Positions 40,013 through 54,529 are shown, counted from the first letter of the stretch. The stretch is 64,000 nt of DNA from Eledone cirrhosa (GCA_964016885.1 OZ024741.1:105462001-105526000), one strand, 5' to 3'. Translations and numbers: made by a program. Notes: generated from the sequence alone by a model not told the origin.

Positions 40013-40149
40013 TATATACATACATACACACACACATATACATATATACAAATACACATATACATGCATATATATATATATATATATATATACAATATGT
40101 ATAGGATTCCTTTCCCTTTGAGCACATAATTTACAGGGAATAACGTGAC

Positions 40150-40522
40150 TATGGCTCCGTTATTTTATCTTCATATATATATATATACATATATATACAT
40201 ACACACATATATATACATACACACAAACATATATATATATATACATACACACACATATGCATACACACACATGCATACACACATATATATATACATACAC
40301 ACATACATACACACACATATATATAGATATACATACATATATATAAATTCATACATACATACACACACATATATATAGATGTACATACATATATATAAAT
40401 TCATACATACATACACACACACATATATATAGATGTACATACATATATATAAATTCATACATACATACACACACATATATATAAATTCATACATACATAC
40501 ACACACATATATATATATATAT

Positions 40523-40570
<48 letters not shown>
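40150..40570. repeat. Compound TA/CA microsatellite
   Basis: Visible dinucleotide mosaics with short higher-order copies. Confidence 0.9.
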
Positions 40571-40669
40571 TGAAATTTCTGTTGGAAACAGAAAAGGTCA
40601 TAGAAATGAAAAGTGCTCTATGTAAGTATCAGAGCAAAATAAAAATCAATACAATATAATTACCTCATT

Positions 40670-40735
40670 ACCAGAGGTTTCCCGAATGAGGCGAATACGA
40701 AATAAACGACTTCATTCGTTCGTCAGACGAGGCAA
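40670..40735 (-). ncRNA. Degenerate hammerhead-like core
   Basis: CTGACGA-A-CGAATGA..TCATTCG-G-GAAACCTC; 7-bp stem II, imperfect stem I. Confidence 0.45.
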
Positions 40736-41277
40736 TATAAAACATGGGTAAATACTTAGAAAAACTCATCAAGAAAATCAAAAAAAGATATAGACAAATG
40801 AAATAGAAATTGAAATATATAAAAATCTATCAAGAAATATAGTTAGGTGTGTGTATATGTATGTATATACGCTCACAGATGTGCATATATGTATATGCAC
40901 ACATGTATACGTATAGTGAGAAAGTGTGCGTAATTCTAAAATTTAGTATCTGAATGTCTAATCTACGGACAGAATAGTTACATCATAAATATAGGAATAT
41001 GAAGGGGCGCGCATAAAACGCCTGCACACTCGTACACTTAGATGCGGAAGTAAAAGAGGTAAGGGAGTGTAATAATTAAAGGAAAGTATCAATCTCGATA
41101 TATTTATAAAAATGTAACAATAAATTAGAAAGAAAAAATATTTTTAGAAAGAAAAAATTAAAGAAAAGAAGACAAAAAAGGGTACATACATACACAGACA
41201 CGCACGTCTCACAAAAGAAATGCAAAAATATATATGCTTATATACACACGCGCACTTACACATCCATACGTTCGATA

Positions 41278-41316
<39 letters not shown>

Positions 41317-41487
41317 TTACACTCACGCATATGAGCCTGTTTGCATGCACACGCATAAAACTGAGTAAGTAAAAAAAGGAAAGGGGGGGGGAGAAGAAAA
41401 AAGGAACAAAACATTAAACCGAGATATCAAAAACACGGATATAAAGACACATACACATAATATATACATACACACACACACACACAT

Positions 41488-41526
<39 letters not shown>

Positions 41527-41669
41527 CACGCACGCGCGCGCACATACGTAGTCACTCATGTACATATATAAAAGTATACACACATTAAGGCGTTCAGCCA
41601 TATTGATACAGGGTGTAAAAAACTTGTGGATAAATAAGTACAAATATAAAATTGTAAGATAGGCTGCGC

Positions 41670-41790
41670 AAAAATAAAAATAAAAATAAAAATAAAAATA
41701 AAAATAAAAATAAAAATAAAAATAAAAATAAAAATAAAAATAAAAATAAAAATAAAAATAAAAATAATAAAAATAAAAATGAAAATGAAA
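41670..41790. repeat. (AAAAAT)n microsatellite
   Basis: Nearly pure hexamer run. Confidence 0.95.
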
Positions 41791-42859
41791 AATATATCTG
41801 GATTGAAAAACACAAAAGACAAGTGTAATCAGTTAGTGGAGGAAAAAGGGAAGTAAAAGAAGGGGAAGTAAACAATGGAAAGTGAATCGGAGAATAAAGA
41901 GGGGGGGGGGTTGTGGATGTGAAGTAAAAATAAAAATAAAAATAAATGAAATTATTGACAAGGATAAAAATGAAAGTAAGTCAGAAAGGGTAATTAAAAA
42001 GAGAATAATAAGAGTTTATGGAGGATAAGTATCTGAAAGTGTGTTAAGTTTATATGAGCTGGAAAGCAGGTGTGATTTCATGTGTGGGCAACTGGTGAAA
42101 ATTTCCGTCTTTGTGTTCAGGCAGGTCTTTGGTGATTTTAGATTTTGCAATATCCAATATTTTTCATTTATGCAGAGCGTGCATTTTCTTGTTCCTCTAG
42201 CATATTTTTTAGATTGGTTCAAAATTGACCAATCTAATTTATATTGGATGCCTTGGTCTTTCAAATCCCAAATTCTGCTAGCCAGAGCTGTTGTAAATCT
42301 TTTTTCTGGATGTCAAAAGGATGCGACATGTGAGTAATAACGCGTTTTGAATTTGTCTTGCGTCATACCCACATATCGTTCACTGGTGGCTGGATGGTTG
42401 TTGCTGATGGTTGTCACTTTAGCCGCATATACAATGGCTTTGGTGTTGCATTTACCTTGTAATGGGCATTCACTTTTGATTCTACAGGAGCAAGTTTGAT
42501 TTTCTCTAGGTGATATTTTGTTGAGGATATAGGACTTAATAGGGGGACCGCAGGAATAGCTAATTTTAACAGTTTCTGTTAAAGATCTTATAGTATCTAT
42601 GTGTTCTAGGGAAATGTTTATCTAGGAGCTCAAGGAATTTTTTGCCTACATTAGTTTTAACTGCTAGAGAGTAGGGGGGTGTGAACCAGATTATTTTTCT
42701 TTTCCTATTTTTATGTTTAATAGAGTTTAATAGAGTTAGTATAATGCAACCATTACTGTTGGAAGCTCAAAGATATAACCCCACTATCCGGGAGCTTCCA
42801 ACAGTAATGGTTGCATTCTTTAAGGGTATGTCAATATTTATTTATAAAACTGCTCTATA

Positions 42860-45300
42860 TTATATTTTATCTGATGAAAGCACACCATAATTTAACTTGG
42901 TGTCCTTGAAATATGTATAATGAAATAAATATGGTTTTATAAATATAGTTTCCATTTGTTAATATCGTATTTTTACTCCAATTATTTGTTGAGTGCTTTA
43001 TATCAGTTATAAAAATATTTGCTTGTTGTATCCCAACAATTTAAATAGAACTTTTACATATATTCTGCTCCTGTATTGTCGAGCGCTTTATATTATAACT
43101 GAAAAATGGAATTCTTTAAGATCGCTTCTCTAAAGGACATACCTTTACCTAGGAATAAAGATTTTATTAAACAATTAATAGAAAAATCAGACTCTTTTAT
43201 AAATCCACTTCGATAAATCTAATCTAAATGAAAATGTCTCTAATCTGGATAAAATCTTCAAATCTAAAAAAAAATCCCCCCCCCCCCCCAACAAACTACT
43301 AATCAATTTTGAAAATGAAATCCTATCTATCATCCAAAGCATCAAATTCAAAAACAACTTCAAAGGCCAGGATTACTTAAGAAATATTAAAAATAATATT
43401 GAAAACTTGGAGAAAACGGAGAAAATTCTAGTCAAGTCTGACAAAACCAATAATCTTTACGGAATACAAAAGGACATTTATAACGATCTTATATTAAAGG
43501 AATTAAGGAAGAAATACAAAGTAGCAAATAATGACGACCTTGAAAAATTGAATACAGATGCCTCTTATATAATGCATGAACTAGGCATTGAAAATAAGAC
43601 AACCCTTCATGCCAAGGAAACCTAAAATTAATATGAAGGATCACTAAAGGAACTTTGAAACTGATTTACCAGTCAGATTAATTGCACCATCTAAATCGGA
43701 CCTTGGCAGGCTTAGCAAGAATATTTTAGACAGAATAATACCACAAATTAAGAATTTATCTTATTTAAAATTATGGAAAGGAACTAGTGAAGTTATCGAT
43801 TGGTTTAAGGAAATTAAATATAACTATAATAAGTTTATTCAGTTGGATATTGCTAACTATTACTCATCTATCACTCCTAATTTACTGAATAAAGCACTAA
43901 CTTACGCATTTAAACATACAGACTTAACTAGCAATGAAATGCACATTATATTATCGGCACGGAAAACATTAATAGAATTTAATAACCAACTCTGGACTAG
44001 GGCAGATAGAAATAATAACTTTGATATAACTATGGGATCATCCGATTCCGCTCAGGTAACGGATCTTGTGGCCCTCTTTATAAATAATTCTCTACATAGG
44101 AAAATACCTGAGATAACCGTAGGTTTATATCGTGACGACATGCTTTTACTTATAGAAAATAATAACTGAACTAAATAGGAAAAGAAAACAAATTATACAA
44201 TTCTTTAATTACCTTAATCTAAAAGTAGAAATAGAGAATAACCATAAAATAGTTAACTTTCTAGATGTAACACTAAACCTTAACATATGTCTTCATTATC
44301 CATTTCACAAACTAAATGAGAACTTAAACTACGTCAATTTTAACTCTAATCACCCCAGATCCGTTAAAAATACTATAGTGAACTCTGTACAGCAACGCAT
44401 TTCGAGAATTTCAGCTAATAAGAATATATTTGATGAAAAAGCTCATTATTACAACGAAGCGTTAGGTAGAGCTAGGTATAGAAATAAAATTAAATACATT
44501 GATAATAATAATATAACAACTAACCATAATCTTAACAATTTTAACTATTTTAACAATTTTAACAACTATAATAGAAAACCTTACAATAATTCCGAAAACA
44601 AAAAAGAAATAGAACTAGAAATATATTATGGTTCGCTCCTCCTTTCTCATTAAATATTAAAACCCCTATTGCTAAACTATTTTTTAAAGCTCTTGACAAA
44701 TGCTTCCCTAGAACACATAGATATTACTCAATTTTTAAAAGACATACTATAAAATTAACTTATTCTTCCACCAAAAATTTAGCGCAAAATATTAATAGAA
44801 TAAATAATAGAAATTTAAAACCTAATCAAAATACCACTAATAACCCAAGCAATATCCAATTTGATAAATGTAACTGTAGAAATAAATCTAACTGTCCGTT
44901 AAATAACAATTGCTTAGCTAAAAATATAGTATATAATTGTAATGTAAAAACTAATTTAAATTCATTTAATTATGTGGGATCCATTTCCACAGAGTTTAAA
45001 TCTCGTTTCAATAATCATAAAAATTATTTTACGAATTCAAACAAAACATCTTCAACTTCTCTATCTAGCTTATTATGGGACCTCAAACTAAAGAACGTTG
45101 AATATTCGTTGATTTGGAATATTATTTCAAAAGCTACTCCTTTTAACTCCTCTTCAGAAAATTGTGATCTTTGTATAGAGGAAATATTCTTTATATTAAA
45201 GACCAAAAATTCCCTGAACCTAAGGAACAATTTATTCAGTTGCTGTAGACATAGATTGAATTCAACGTTTAAATATAAATTTAAAATGTAATATATAATT
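42860..45300 (+). mobile_element. Penelope-like element (RT plus GIY-YIG), frameshifted
   Basis: SLKDIPLP, VKSDKT.NLY, DIANYYSSI, FDITMGS.DSAQV.DLV, GLYRDD, NFLDV.L, SNHP, CNCR...CPL...C, YVGS....FKSR..NH, CDLCIEE and CRH. Confidence 0.92.
42865..42920 (+). ncRNA. Hammerhead-like core at the 5' end of the Penelope element
   Basis: CTGATGA-AAGCACACCA-loop-TGGTGTCCTT-GAAA (9/10 bp stem II). The cleavage triplet and stem I junction are degenerate. Confidence 0.55.
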
Positions 45301-46204
45301 AATTAATTAATTCTATTAATATATTGACCCTATCGATAAATCATTAGATTTCTTCATTTTTTGACTGCTTATACTCTCAAGTAAAAAAACTTTTCTTCCT
45401 AAATATAAATAAATATAATAAACTCCTCTAGAGAAATATACCGAAAGCTCTTAAAAGGGGAAAATATTTTTTGATAATTTCTCCTATTTTCGAAAGTTTC
45501 TCTTTTGAAAGTTTCTTTTTCTTTCTCTTATGGATATAAAATTAAGTTAAATATACGTAGAAAATTTTTATACTAAATTTATTAAACATATTATTTTAAA
45601 ATTATAACTTGAAATATTGTATAATATTTTTAAAGTTATATTGCTTATAATTATATTTCCAAATCGTAATATAATTCTTTTGTATTTTATGTACTTCAAT
45701 TATACTATGTACTGTATTTATATATCTATTTCTCTATCTATATGTGTTATTATATATGTTTATTTGTCACGAACCTTAAGATAATCCTTATACATAAGTG
45801 CAATCGAATTGTATGCATATACACAATTCCCACATATACATACATAGACGTATCCACACAAATCGGCATCACATATATATATATACATACAGATACATAT
45901 ACACACAAATATATGTACATGCATATCAATACACACACACATATATATATATATATATGTGTGCATTGATATGCATGTACATATATTTATGTGTAAATTT
46001 TCAAATGTATTACAGAGCCGAGATACAAAATATAAAACAATAAAATCTTAGTTTAATATAATAATTATTTGATATTACTTACATTTTCTTATCTTTTGCT
46101 TTTACTATGTCTTCTTTTCTCCTGCATTTGTGTTATTGCCTGGAGAAAAATGGCGCCAAACTTTTCCTTTTGAAAGAATAATGTGATTGTGTTCACGTGA
46201 TATA

Positions 46205-46383
46205 TAGCTGTCAGTCGTGAAAGCAGCCGATGAAAGCAGGCGAAGGTGACGTCATTCGTCATCGTTTATTTCCGTATTACTACCACCAAGTAACTCCACT
46301 TACGCGTAGTAGTAATACGGAAATAAACGATGTTTTGCTTTCATCGGCTGCTTTCGACTGACAGCTAATAGCGTTGTAGTGCC
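46205..46383. mobile_element. Fold-back Merlin-derived MITE (two TIRs head to head; left terminus missing)
   Basis: tagctgtcagtc..aagcagccgatgaaagca..atcgtttatttccgtattactac followed by its inverse, ending gcgttgtagtgcc. Same TIR as 6693-6805. Confidence 0.88.
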
Positions 46384-46855
46384 GAATATTCCATTACAAC
46401 CTATAGTAGATGAACACCTATTTCACCAGGACGTCTGCTACCAGTCATTTATTGTTGCACTATATTTTGTTATAGCCAATAAGTCATCTAGTAGCCACAT
46501 TTACATTTCTTCGTGTTTTTTTTTTGTTTTGTTTTTTCGTCTACAACAGTATTTATGTCACACGGAGAAGACACATAGCCAAAAGTATTTTCGTTTAAGT
46601 AGAAAACATATCTACATATTTTCTACCGATATATACACAGTCCAACTATATCAAAGACAAGAAAATGAACTATAATAAAACTCATCTAATTATATTATGT
46701 AAATAGAGTCCCAAGATATGTCAGACAAGAAACTGAACTCATATTAAACTCAACTCATAAACAGAATCCCAGGATTTCAAAAGACAAGAAACTGAACTAT
46801 AATATATTATACTCACAGACATTTTTCGGGTTTTAAGAATTGCCCAAGAATTAAT

Positions 46856-47910
<1,055 letters not shown>

Positions 47911-48224
47911 AAAGTTTTATCTATATGAGATATGTATCAAATACTTCTCTATGAATTCAGACCTTATAAACAACACAAGAGACACATTGTGAAATATGTT
48001 AGAAATCACATTTTGAGTCTTGTAATACACAATCACATGTTGGAGAAAGATCTATTCAATATTTGCTATTAAAGTTTCTTACAAAGACACAACCATATGA
48101 AATTTAAGGATCATTCTCATTTCGAAAACATCCTATATGCATAAATAAATATATACAGCAGCAAAATATTATTGAGATGATTTGTTGAAAACCTTTTTTA
48201 TAAACATTACACCTAATGTTCCCC

Positions 48225-48362
48225 CTCCATACACATACACACATGTATATCATGACTCATACACTATTCACTTCCCTGATATTTGTATATTATTCTATGT
48301 ACTATACATGCACCTTTGACGAGTTGTAGTGCACCTGAGCACTTTACACAATAATTTCTTTA
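48225..48362 (+). mobile_element. 3' tail of the CR1 family seen at 4147-4947
   Basis: cacttccctga..attctatgtactata..ttgacgagttgtagtgcacctgagcactttacacaataattt is shared. Confidence 0.85.
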
Positions 48363-50069
48363 TATATATATAAATAGAAATAAAAAGAAGAAATCACTGA
48401 AAGTTTCATATAAAAACTTATCACTGAAATTTGTTACCAAATATCATTTTACACCCATTTTCCATGCTGGCATGGGTTGGATAGGTTGTTATGGTTCAAG
48501 TTAGTGCTTATCTTGAGTCGCTGCTTTCCTGATACATATCACACTCATACATTTCACTTTAGCTTGGTTTCTTTGACTGAACGCCCTTCCTAATGTCAAC
48601 CACTTAGAAGTGTACTAGCTTCATCTTATCATGGTGCCAGTACTAGAAAGGTTGTCTTCTTTCTGATAAGACTAAAATGTTCTCATTGCTTTACATTGTC
48701 TCTGTTCATTTGCCAAACACTTTACACAGTGTACTGAGCCAATATATTCTCTTAGCTATGTGCTGAAATAGTTAACTAATATAATTTAATAATTAAGAAT
48801 TGTTATTGATTCAGTGTGCACATACTTTTGATACTTTTGTCACATGAGAAATTTTATGCACACAGACTACTTAAAATTAGAGGGAACATTTTACTGAGTG
48901 TATTTCATCATTGCATGAGCAGTACAGAAGTTTTGTTACCAGCAAAACTATAGTCTTCTCTTCTTTATGTTGACTTTGTTTAAAACAACATGAGGATGAG
49001 GTTGAATATAAGAGTGAGAACCATGGTGTGAGAAAGAGTATGATGAGGGAGAAAGTAATGGAAGAGTGACTGATAAGCAGGAATGTTAGTAATGAGATTG
49101 AGTGTTGGAAGAGAATATGAGGAGAGAGGGAATGATGGATAAGGGAGTAATGTGTGTATATGAGAAAGAAAGAGTCATGGATAGCAATAAAGATTGGTGA
49201 TGAATGCTTAGAATGAATGTGTTTTAAAGTTGATTAGAGATATGAGGCTTAGTTATGCTTAGCATGTGGAGAATGAGCTAAGGCTGTTGTTTGAGTCTCT
49301 GTCCTCTGCTTAACATGTTTTAGATGAGCCAAGACTGTTCTGATTTAGGCTCTATCCTATAGTTAAGCTTATGTTTTGGATGAGCCGAGGATATTCTGAT
49401 TTTGAGCCTCTGTCATCACCATCCAATCCAATCTGTTAGTTTGTGATGAATGGTCATGTATATTTAAAATAAAGGTGGACTTTTAAAACTTCATGGAAAT
49501 TAGTGTATCTGTCATCATTCCTCTAATGTATAATAAAATCTCAGTGAATCTGTGTTTTTGCATGTGTCATATCTAAAATGTATAATCACAGTGAAGATGT
49601 TTCCACATATGTCCACATAACTTTACATCCAGGTAGCTAGTGAAACATGGAGAATAAAACAAAATGTGAAGATATGTTAAAAAATAGTGTTAAGAGTTTC
49701 TTTTGAAATGAATGACACACAAATATTTTTAATTGTAATTATCAGATTTTGAAGTGTAATTATTAAAAATGATGTGCATTGGTAAGGTGAAATCTGTCCA
49801 TGGTCCTTACCAGGTCAGTTTGTTTGGTCTCCAGGTACTCGTGTATAGCTTTCAAGAGGATTGGAGGGCTGAGAGTGTAATCATCACCCCTCAGAATTAG
49901 AGGTGCCCCAGGACATACTGAATGTTAAGTACAATGTCTCACATTTAACAAATCAGAATTGTACAAGAGCATCACAGTTTTATTAATATTTTCAGTGTTT
50001 GAAGAGAAATTTTATGTTTATTATGATATAATAATGGTTATTAATATTATTATTTAGAAGTTTACTGTG

Positions 50070-50525
50070 GGCAGGGGATTAGCAGAATCGTTTGGATGTC
50101 TTTAAAATCTTTGTAACATTTGTTTTGGCTTTTTATGTTCTTAGTTTAAATCCTACTGAGGTCAACTTTATATTTTATACTTCCAAGGTTGATAAAATAA
50201 AGTATGAGTCAAGTGCTGGGGTAAATTTAAATTGACTTTCCTTCCTGCCAAAATTATTGGCCTTGTGCTTGAATTAGAAATGATTATTATTATCACTGTT
50301 ATTTATTATTATTATTATTATTATTATCAGAGTGATAGATTGGCAGAGTCTTTAGAGCAGTATTTATTTTGGCTCTTTACATTCTGAGTTCAAATTCTGC
50401 TAAGGTTAGCTTTGCCTTCCATCCTTCCAAGGTCAATAAAATAAAAATAAAGTTAATTGACTTTCCCCTTCCCTTCAAATTGCTAGTCTTGGGCCAAAAG
50501 TAGAAACAATTGTTATTATTATTAT
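50070..50525 (+). mobile_element. Two tandem tRNA-SINE copies with a MetaSINE-like central domain and (TTA)n tails
   Basis: ggcagaatcg..ttcaaat..gaggtcaactttgcctt(t/c)catccttcc..gataaaataaagta..aattgactttcc occurs twice; a further copy is at 55875. Confidence 0.7.
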
Positions 50526-50697
50526 GTTTTTCTTGGCTGGTGAGTTGGATGGATAGTATGCTAGCTGGCTGGCAGGATAGTTGAGTGTTTAGTTGGTTCA
50601 ATGGTTGACTGGCTGGTTAGCACTGTTTGCCAATTTAGTGCCAAACTTACTAGAATTGATGTCTCTGTAGCGCTTAATGCATACATTTAAAATTATA

Positions 50698-50724
<27 letters not shown>

Positions 50725-50728
<4 letters not shown>

Positions 50729-51290
50729 GGGTACACAAGAGATGTAGGGGGATAACAGGTAGACTAACAGGAAGGGAGGACTTTGAATATAGAAAATGTA
50801 CAGGGGTAATTGAGGGGAAAAGCATTGGTGATATAAACCTTTTTTTCAATCGCAAGAAAGATCCATAGAAATGGTTGATAGCTTCTGCTGTCTAGGTCTT
50901 AATTAGCAGCAGCATACATAAGGACAACTGTACGATGGATGTGCAATGTAAATGTGAGAGTAAGGCAGAAGTTGGATGAACTGAGGGAAAAAGTGGGTTT
51001 AAAAGGAATCCGAAGTAGTGTGCAAGAGAGAAGACTGTATTGGTTCGGACATGTGATGTGCATGGATGATGATCATTAGGTGAAGATGTGCCAGGAAATT
51101 CCAGTGGAGGGAAGCTGCAGTAGAGGTAGACAAAGAAAGACCTGGATAGAAGTGGTGAGAACTGATTTCAAATCGGTAAGACTCACAGGGGAGATTACGA
51201 AAGAATGTGGAGAGAAGCTGTGCTGAAATGAACAGGTCCAGCTCATGCAAGCATGGAAAAATGGATGTAAAAATGATGGTGATGATATAT
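50725..51290 (+). mobile_element. RTE LINE 3' fragment
   Basis: WVHKRCRGITG, RRLYWFGHV and RGRQRKTW; tail ggatgtaaaaatgatggtgat. Confidence 0.8.
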
Positions 51291-51387
51291 ATATATATAT
51301 GTAAAAGGTAAACAGAAATAACAACACAATCGGTACAGTATATGGAAGGTATATATTAGGTTAACGCTTGATATAGCAGGAAGAGGG

Positions 51388-51423
51388 TCTTAACGTTTCG
51401 GACGCTAGTCCTTCATCAGAAGA
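51388..51423 (-). ncRNA. Minimal type I hammerhead ribozyme motif in a short PLE-terminus-like fragment
   Basis: Minus strand: TCTT-CTGATGA-A-GGAC-TAGC-GTCC-GAAA-CG-TT-AAGA. Stem I TCTT/AAGA, palindromic ACGT, GUU site. Confidence 0.8.
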
Positions 51424-51536
51424 ACGAATGAGAAATAAAATAGATTTAGGGGATGGGCGGGATGATATATATATATATATTGAACCTAATATTACTGTAC
51501 AATTAATTGCCTCCTGTGTTTTGTTCATTTATTTTC

Positions 51537-51586
<50 letters not shown>

Positions 51587-51639
51587 GTTGATTAAACCAA
51601 TTTATAGTATATATATATATATAGAGAGAGAGTTTTGTC

Positions 51640-52960
51640 TTATGGTTATGTGAGTGCACAGGTGCAACTCCAGAGTTACAAGACTCCACACTTAGCCATA
51701 ATAGATTATATTTAAACACCAGGCCTCCTTGGCGAGGAGGGGGAATTTGGGCACCCTTTGGGATGAAAATCAAAACCTGTCAAAAGCCAAGGAACTCATG
51801 AGAGTCAATAGCCAACCAGGGAAGGTTGGCTATAGAAGGTGTAGTATCAATAGTGGTACCCCAGCATGGCCTCAGCCTCTTGGCTGGAACACATAATAGA
51901 ATTATATATATATATATAAATATGTATGTATTTAAGCTAATCAAGCACTACCCTGTTACCTTGTGGTAGAGTCTAGGAAAACAAAGCCTAGAGGAATACA
52001 TCCTGAGAGAAAATCAAACTCTGGTGATCAATTTAGAGGTGGTTAGCCTTATGATGGTCAGTTTAAAGGTGGTTTCCAACAAACTGAAGTACTGGCAGCT
52101 GCATGATGAAACTGGTCATGTTAGGTCACACTTGCCACTGGATTTATGTTCCTCCACGGCCAAAATAATGATATTATGAAATGTTAAAAACACCACTATA
52201 ACGCTTTATCACACAGGTGTTTTACTTGTATTATGGATCTTAGATCATTGAAACTTCTGGCAATGAGGGCAGATCTGAATGTTCTGAAAGCTTCTAATAA
52301 GAACTCTACTTGTCAGTGGTACAGGGCATTGGTTGTTGGCTGCTGGGAATGAATGGGAGCTGGCCTCAGCAGACCCCTGAGCAAGGGAGAAGCCCTATCT
52401 AGGGATTATGCTGCTCGCCCTAAATGGGGACAGGTTTAGAAAAAGTGGCTTAAAAATCGTCCACTCAGCTCAACTTCTGGACAGGAAACTGCATGTCAGA
52501 ACATTCCAAATAGTGGTGGTTAAATCAGAATGAATGAATCTCTCAGCCTTGCCACATGGAATATACAGACGCTGCTTGGTGTCAACAAGTTTTCAAGCTG
52601 ACAGGAGTGCTAGATGGCTCTAATAGCCAGTAAATTGAGGACCTACAATATAGTTATTATTGCACTTAGTGAGACTAGGCTATTTAGTGAAGGCTCTCTT
52701 AACGAAGGTGGTGAGGGTTATATCTTCTGGAAGAGCTACCCCAAAGGTGGATATCACCAACATCTAAACTGACAGAGACATCGGTTGGCATTAATAAGTA
52801 GCTAATGTCACTACATATTTCTTTTGCAAAGAACTGCTATGCCACATTAGTGAGCGACACAAATTCTGCCATCAATTAGTCAAGACAAAGACGCTTCTAT
52901 CAGACATTAAATCAGGTAGTGACTAAAATCATCCTACTGGGTGATTTTAATGCAAGAAAT
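51640..52960 (+). mobile_element. RTE-BovB-like 5' region and degenerate APE endonuclease
   Basis: YNIVIIALSETRL..EGSL.E.GEGY.FW (about 52640-52735) and IILLGDFNAR (about 52930-52957). Confidence 0.7.
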
Positions 52961-53409
52961 TTAAAATCAACATTTCAGACTTCATTGAAGAGGCCAATAA
53001 TTTAAGACATTCACACTCATCAAACAGACCTATTATTAAAGACGTTTAAAGACATAACACCCCCTCTCACAGATATAGTGTATCTCGGGCTACATTAACC
53101 AATGTGTTCTTGTAAATAGCTTTAAAGTGTGAATTAAAAGACATTTGGCTGCTATTTCTAGCAAACAGATGTCCCTTTACGTTACCATGCGACCTCTATG
53201 TAAGGGGAGATAATTCCCATAGAGGTCAGAAATAAGTTGTTTTATTTTTTGCTGTGAATCAGTCGTTCAGTTAATTATTGGAATTGTTGCTTTATTAAGC
53301 GAAGACGAAGTATCTGTTTTTTTCCCCCATATAATTTATATGACGTAAAAGGGGGCAAATCACTCCTGAATTAAGTTTCTGTTGATAACTTTATCGAAAA
53401 TACTCAGAA

Positions 53410-53496
53410 ATGGTGTTCTTAACGCCGGTAAATGCTGTCCGGAATCGGGGACCTCATAGATTTTGGAAACGTGCAATGTTTAGAAGATTAGCATGG
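53410..53496 (+). CDS. MRPL20: Mitochondrial ribosomal protein L20 (bL20m), exon 1
   Basis: MVFLTPVNAVRNRGPHRFWKRAMFRRLAW resembles the metazoan MRPL20 N-terminus MVFLT....RNR. Phase-0 donor G|GCGAGT. Confidence 0.88.
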
Positions 53497-54529
53497 GCGA
53501 GTATTTGGCATTCTTTTTCTTTGTCTTCGAATTTTATCTACCTATCTATCTATCTTCTCTCTCTCCTTAAGCGACCTTAAGTCGCATATACATGTTAAGT
53601 GTATGAAATTTTAATTATACTAAAGAAGCTCTTGCAATAGATTGAGCATTGTTTTCTTTGACCTTTTATCTACGGATATCAAGCATATATATATATATAT
53701 ATTATATATTATGGAATACTGTTGGCTTTTCGCTACAATGTTTTCTATACCTTTCATTTATATATATATATATAGTACGCCACAGTCAGTAACTCTTTCG
53801 CTCCTTTCCTTATCCTGGATGATGCGGTAAATGTGAGTGTCACTGCTTCCGTAGTCAAACGGAATAACATTTTAAGATACCGGGAATTATCCACAAACTA
53901 TCTTTCTAGCATGCTGCTTTCGCGACATTTGGAGGAGCTGGGCCGCTAGGCACGAAGTTCTTGTCATTATAGGCGACTTAGCCACACTCTCACCCGTGGT
54001 AATGCCTCAGCATCATTTAGAGGTTAAACACCGGTATCACTTGTAATCGATTGTGTGTCTTCTCGATTTTTCTTATTCATTTCTATTGATTTCGTTCTTT
54101 TGTGAATGATATTCGTCGTATAAATTACGTTTCTACGCATCCATATACTTAGTCTCTTTCGATCCTTACTGCTGATTGTCCGGTATCAGTGCTCATCTAT
54201 ATAAGAATCTATTTAATTATCCACAGATTCTGCAATAATTTAATTCACAGGGAGACATGCTGTGTGATTGTATGATGTTCATGCCTTTCTCGGAGACATT
54301 AGCAACATAAATGATATGAAATGGTTTGACCGAAATCAAAACAAACTCGTGAATTTTTTAATAAGGCTGTCAACACAAAATGAAACCCGTTAGTTTTCAC
54401 CAAAATGTTCTCCAACAATTCTTTCCGATTACAGTAATTTCTTGGTAGAGAATAGAACTGGTCATACAGAATATCGTTTAATTTCCCCCCTCGTTTCTAA
54501 ACGTCACTCCTGATTTAATAATAACGCAT

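Larger units (their letters stand above)
40600..42720 (-). mobile_element. Penelope-like element, 3' part (GIY-YIG endonuclease plus a long 3' region interrupted by microsatellites)
   Basis: Minus strand: [22 protein letters not shown]...AIVY, YVGMT..KFKTRY, CTLCINEKYWI..LN.KTE...CPH. Hammerhead-like core near 40680-40726. Lower boundary is uncertain. Confidence 0.8.

Noticed and set aside
40145-41875. ORFs rich in YI/CV/FIFI
   Set aside because: These are translations of TA/CA/AAAAAT microsatellites.
44865-45260. Selenocysteine (UGA)-recoded Penelope endonuclease
   Set aside because: The conserved Cys positions I read use TGT/TGC; the disruptions are ordinary frameshifts and stops.
46135-46190. 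Hammerhead at the 3' end of the plus-strand Penelope (CTGGAGA..GAAA)
   Set aside because: Core mismatch, weak A/T stem II and no valid cleavage triplet.
53165-53350. Hairpin gacctctatg..catagaggtc and a TGACGT motif as MRPL20 promoter elements
   Set aside because: Short motifs that cannot be distinguished from chance or repeat remnants without TSS data.
53501-53506. Canonical GT donor for MRPL20 exon 1
   Set aside because: It gives a 91-nt exon that is out of frame with exon 2, and the consensus (gtattt) is poor.
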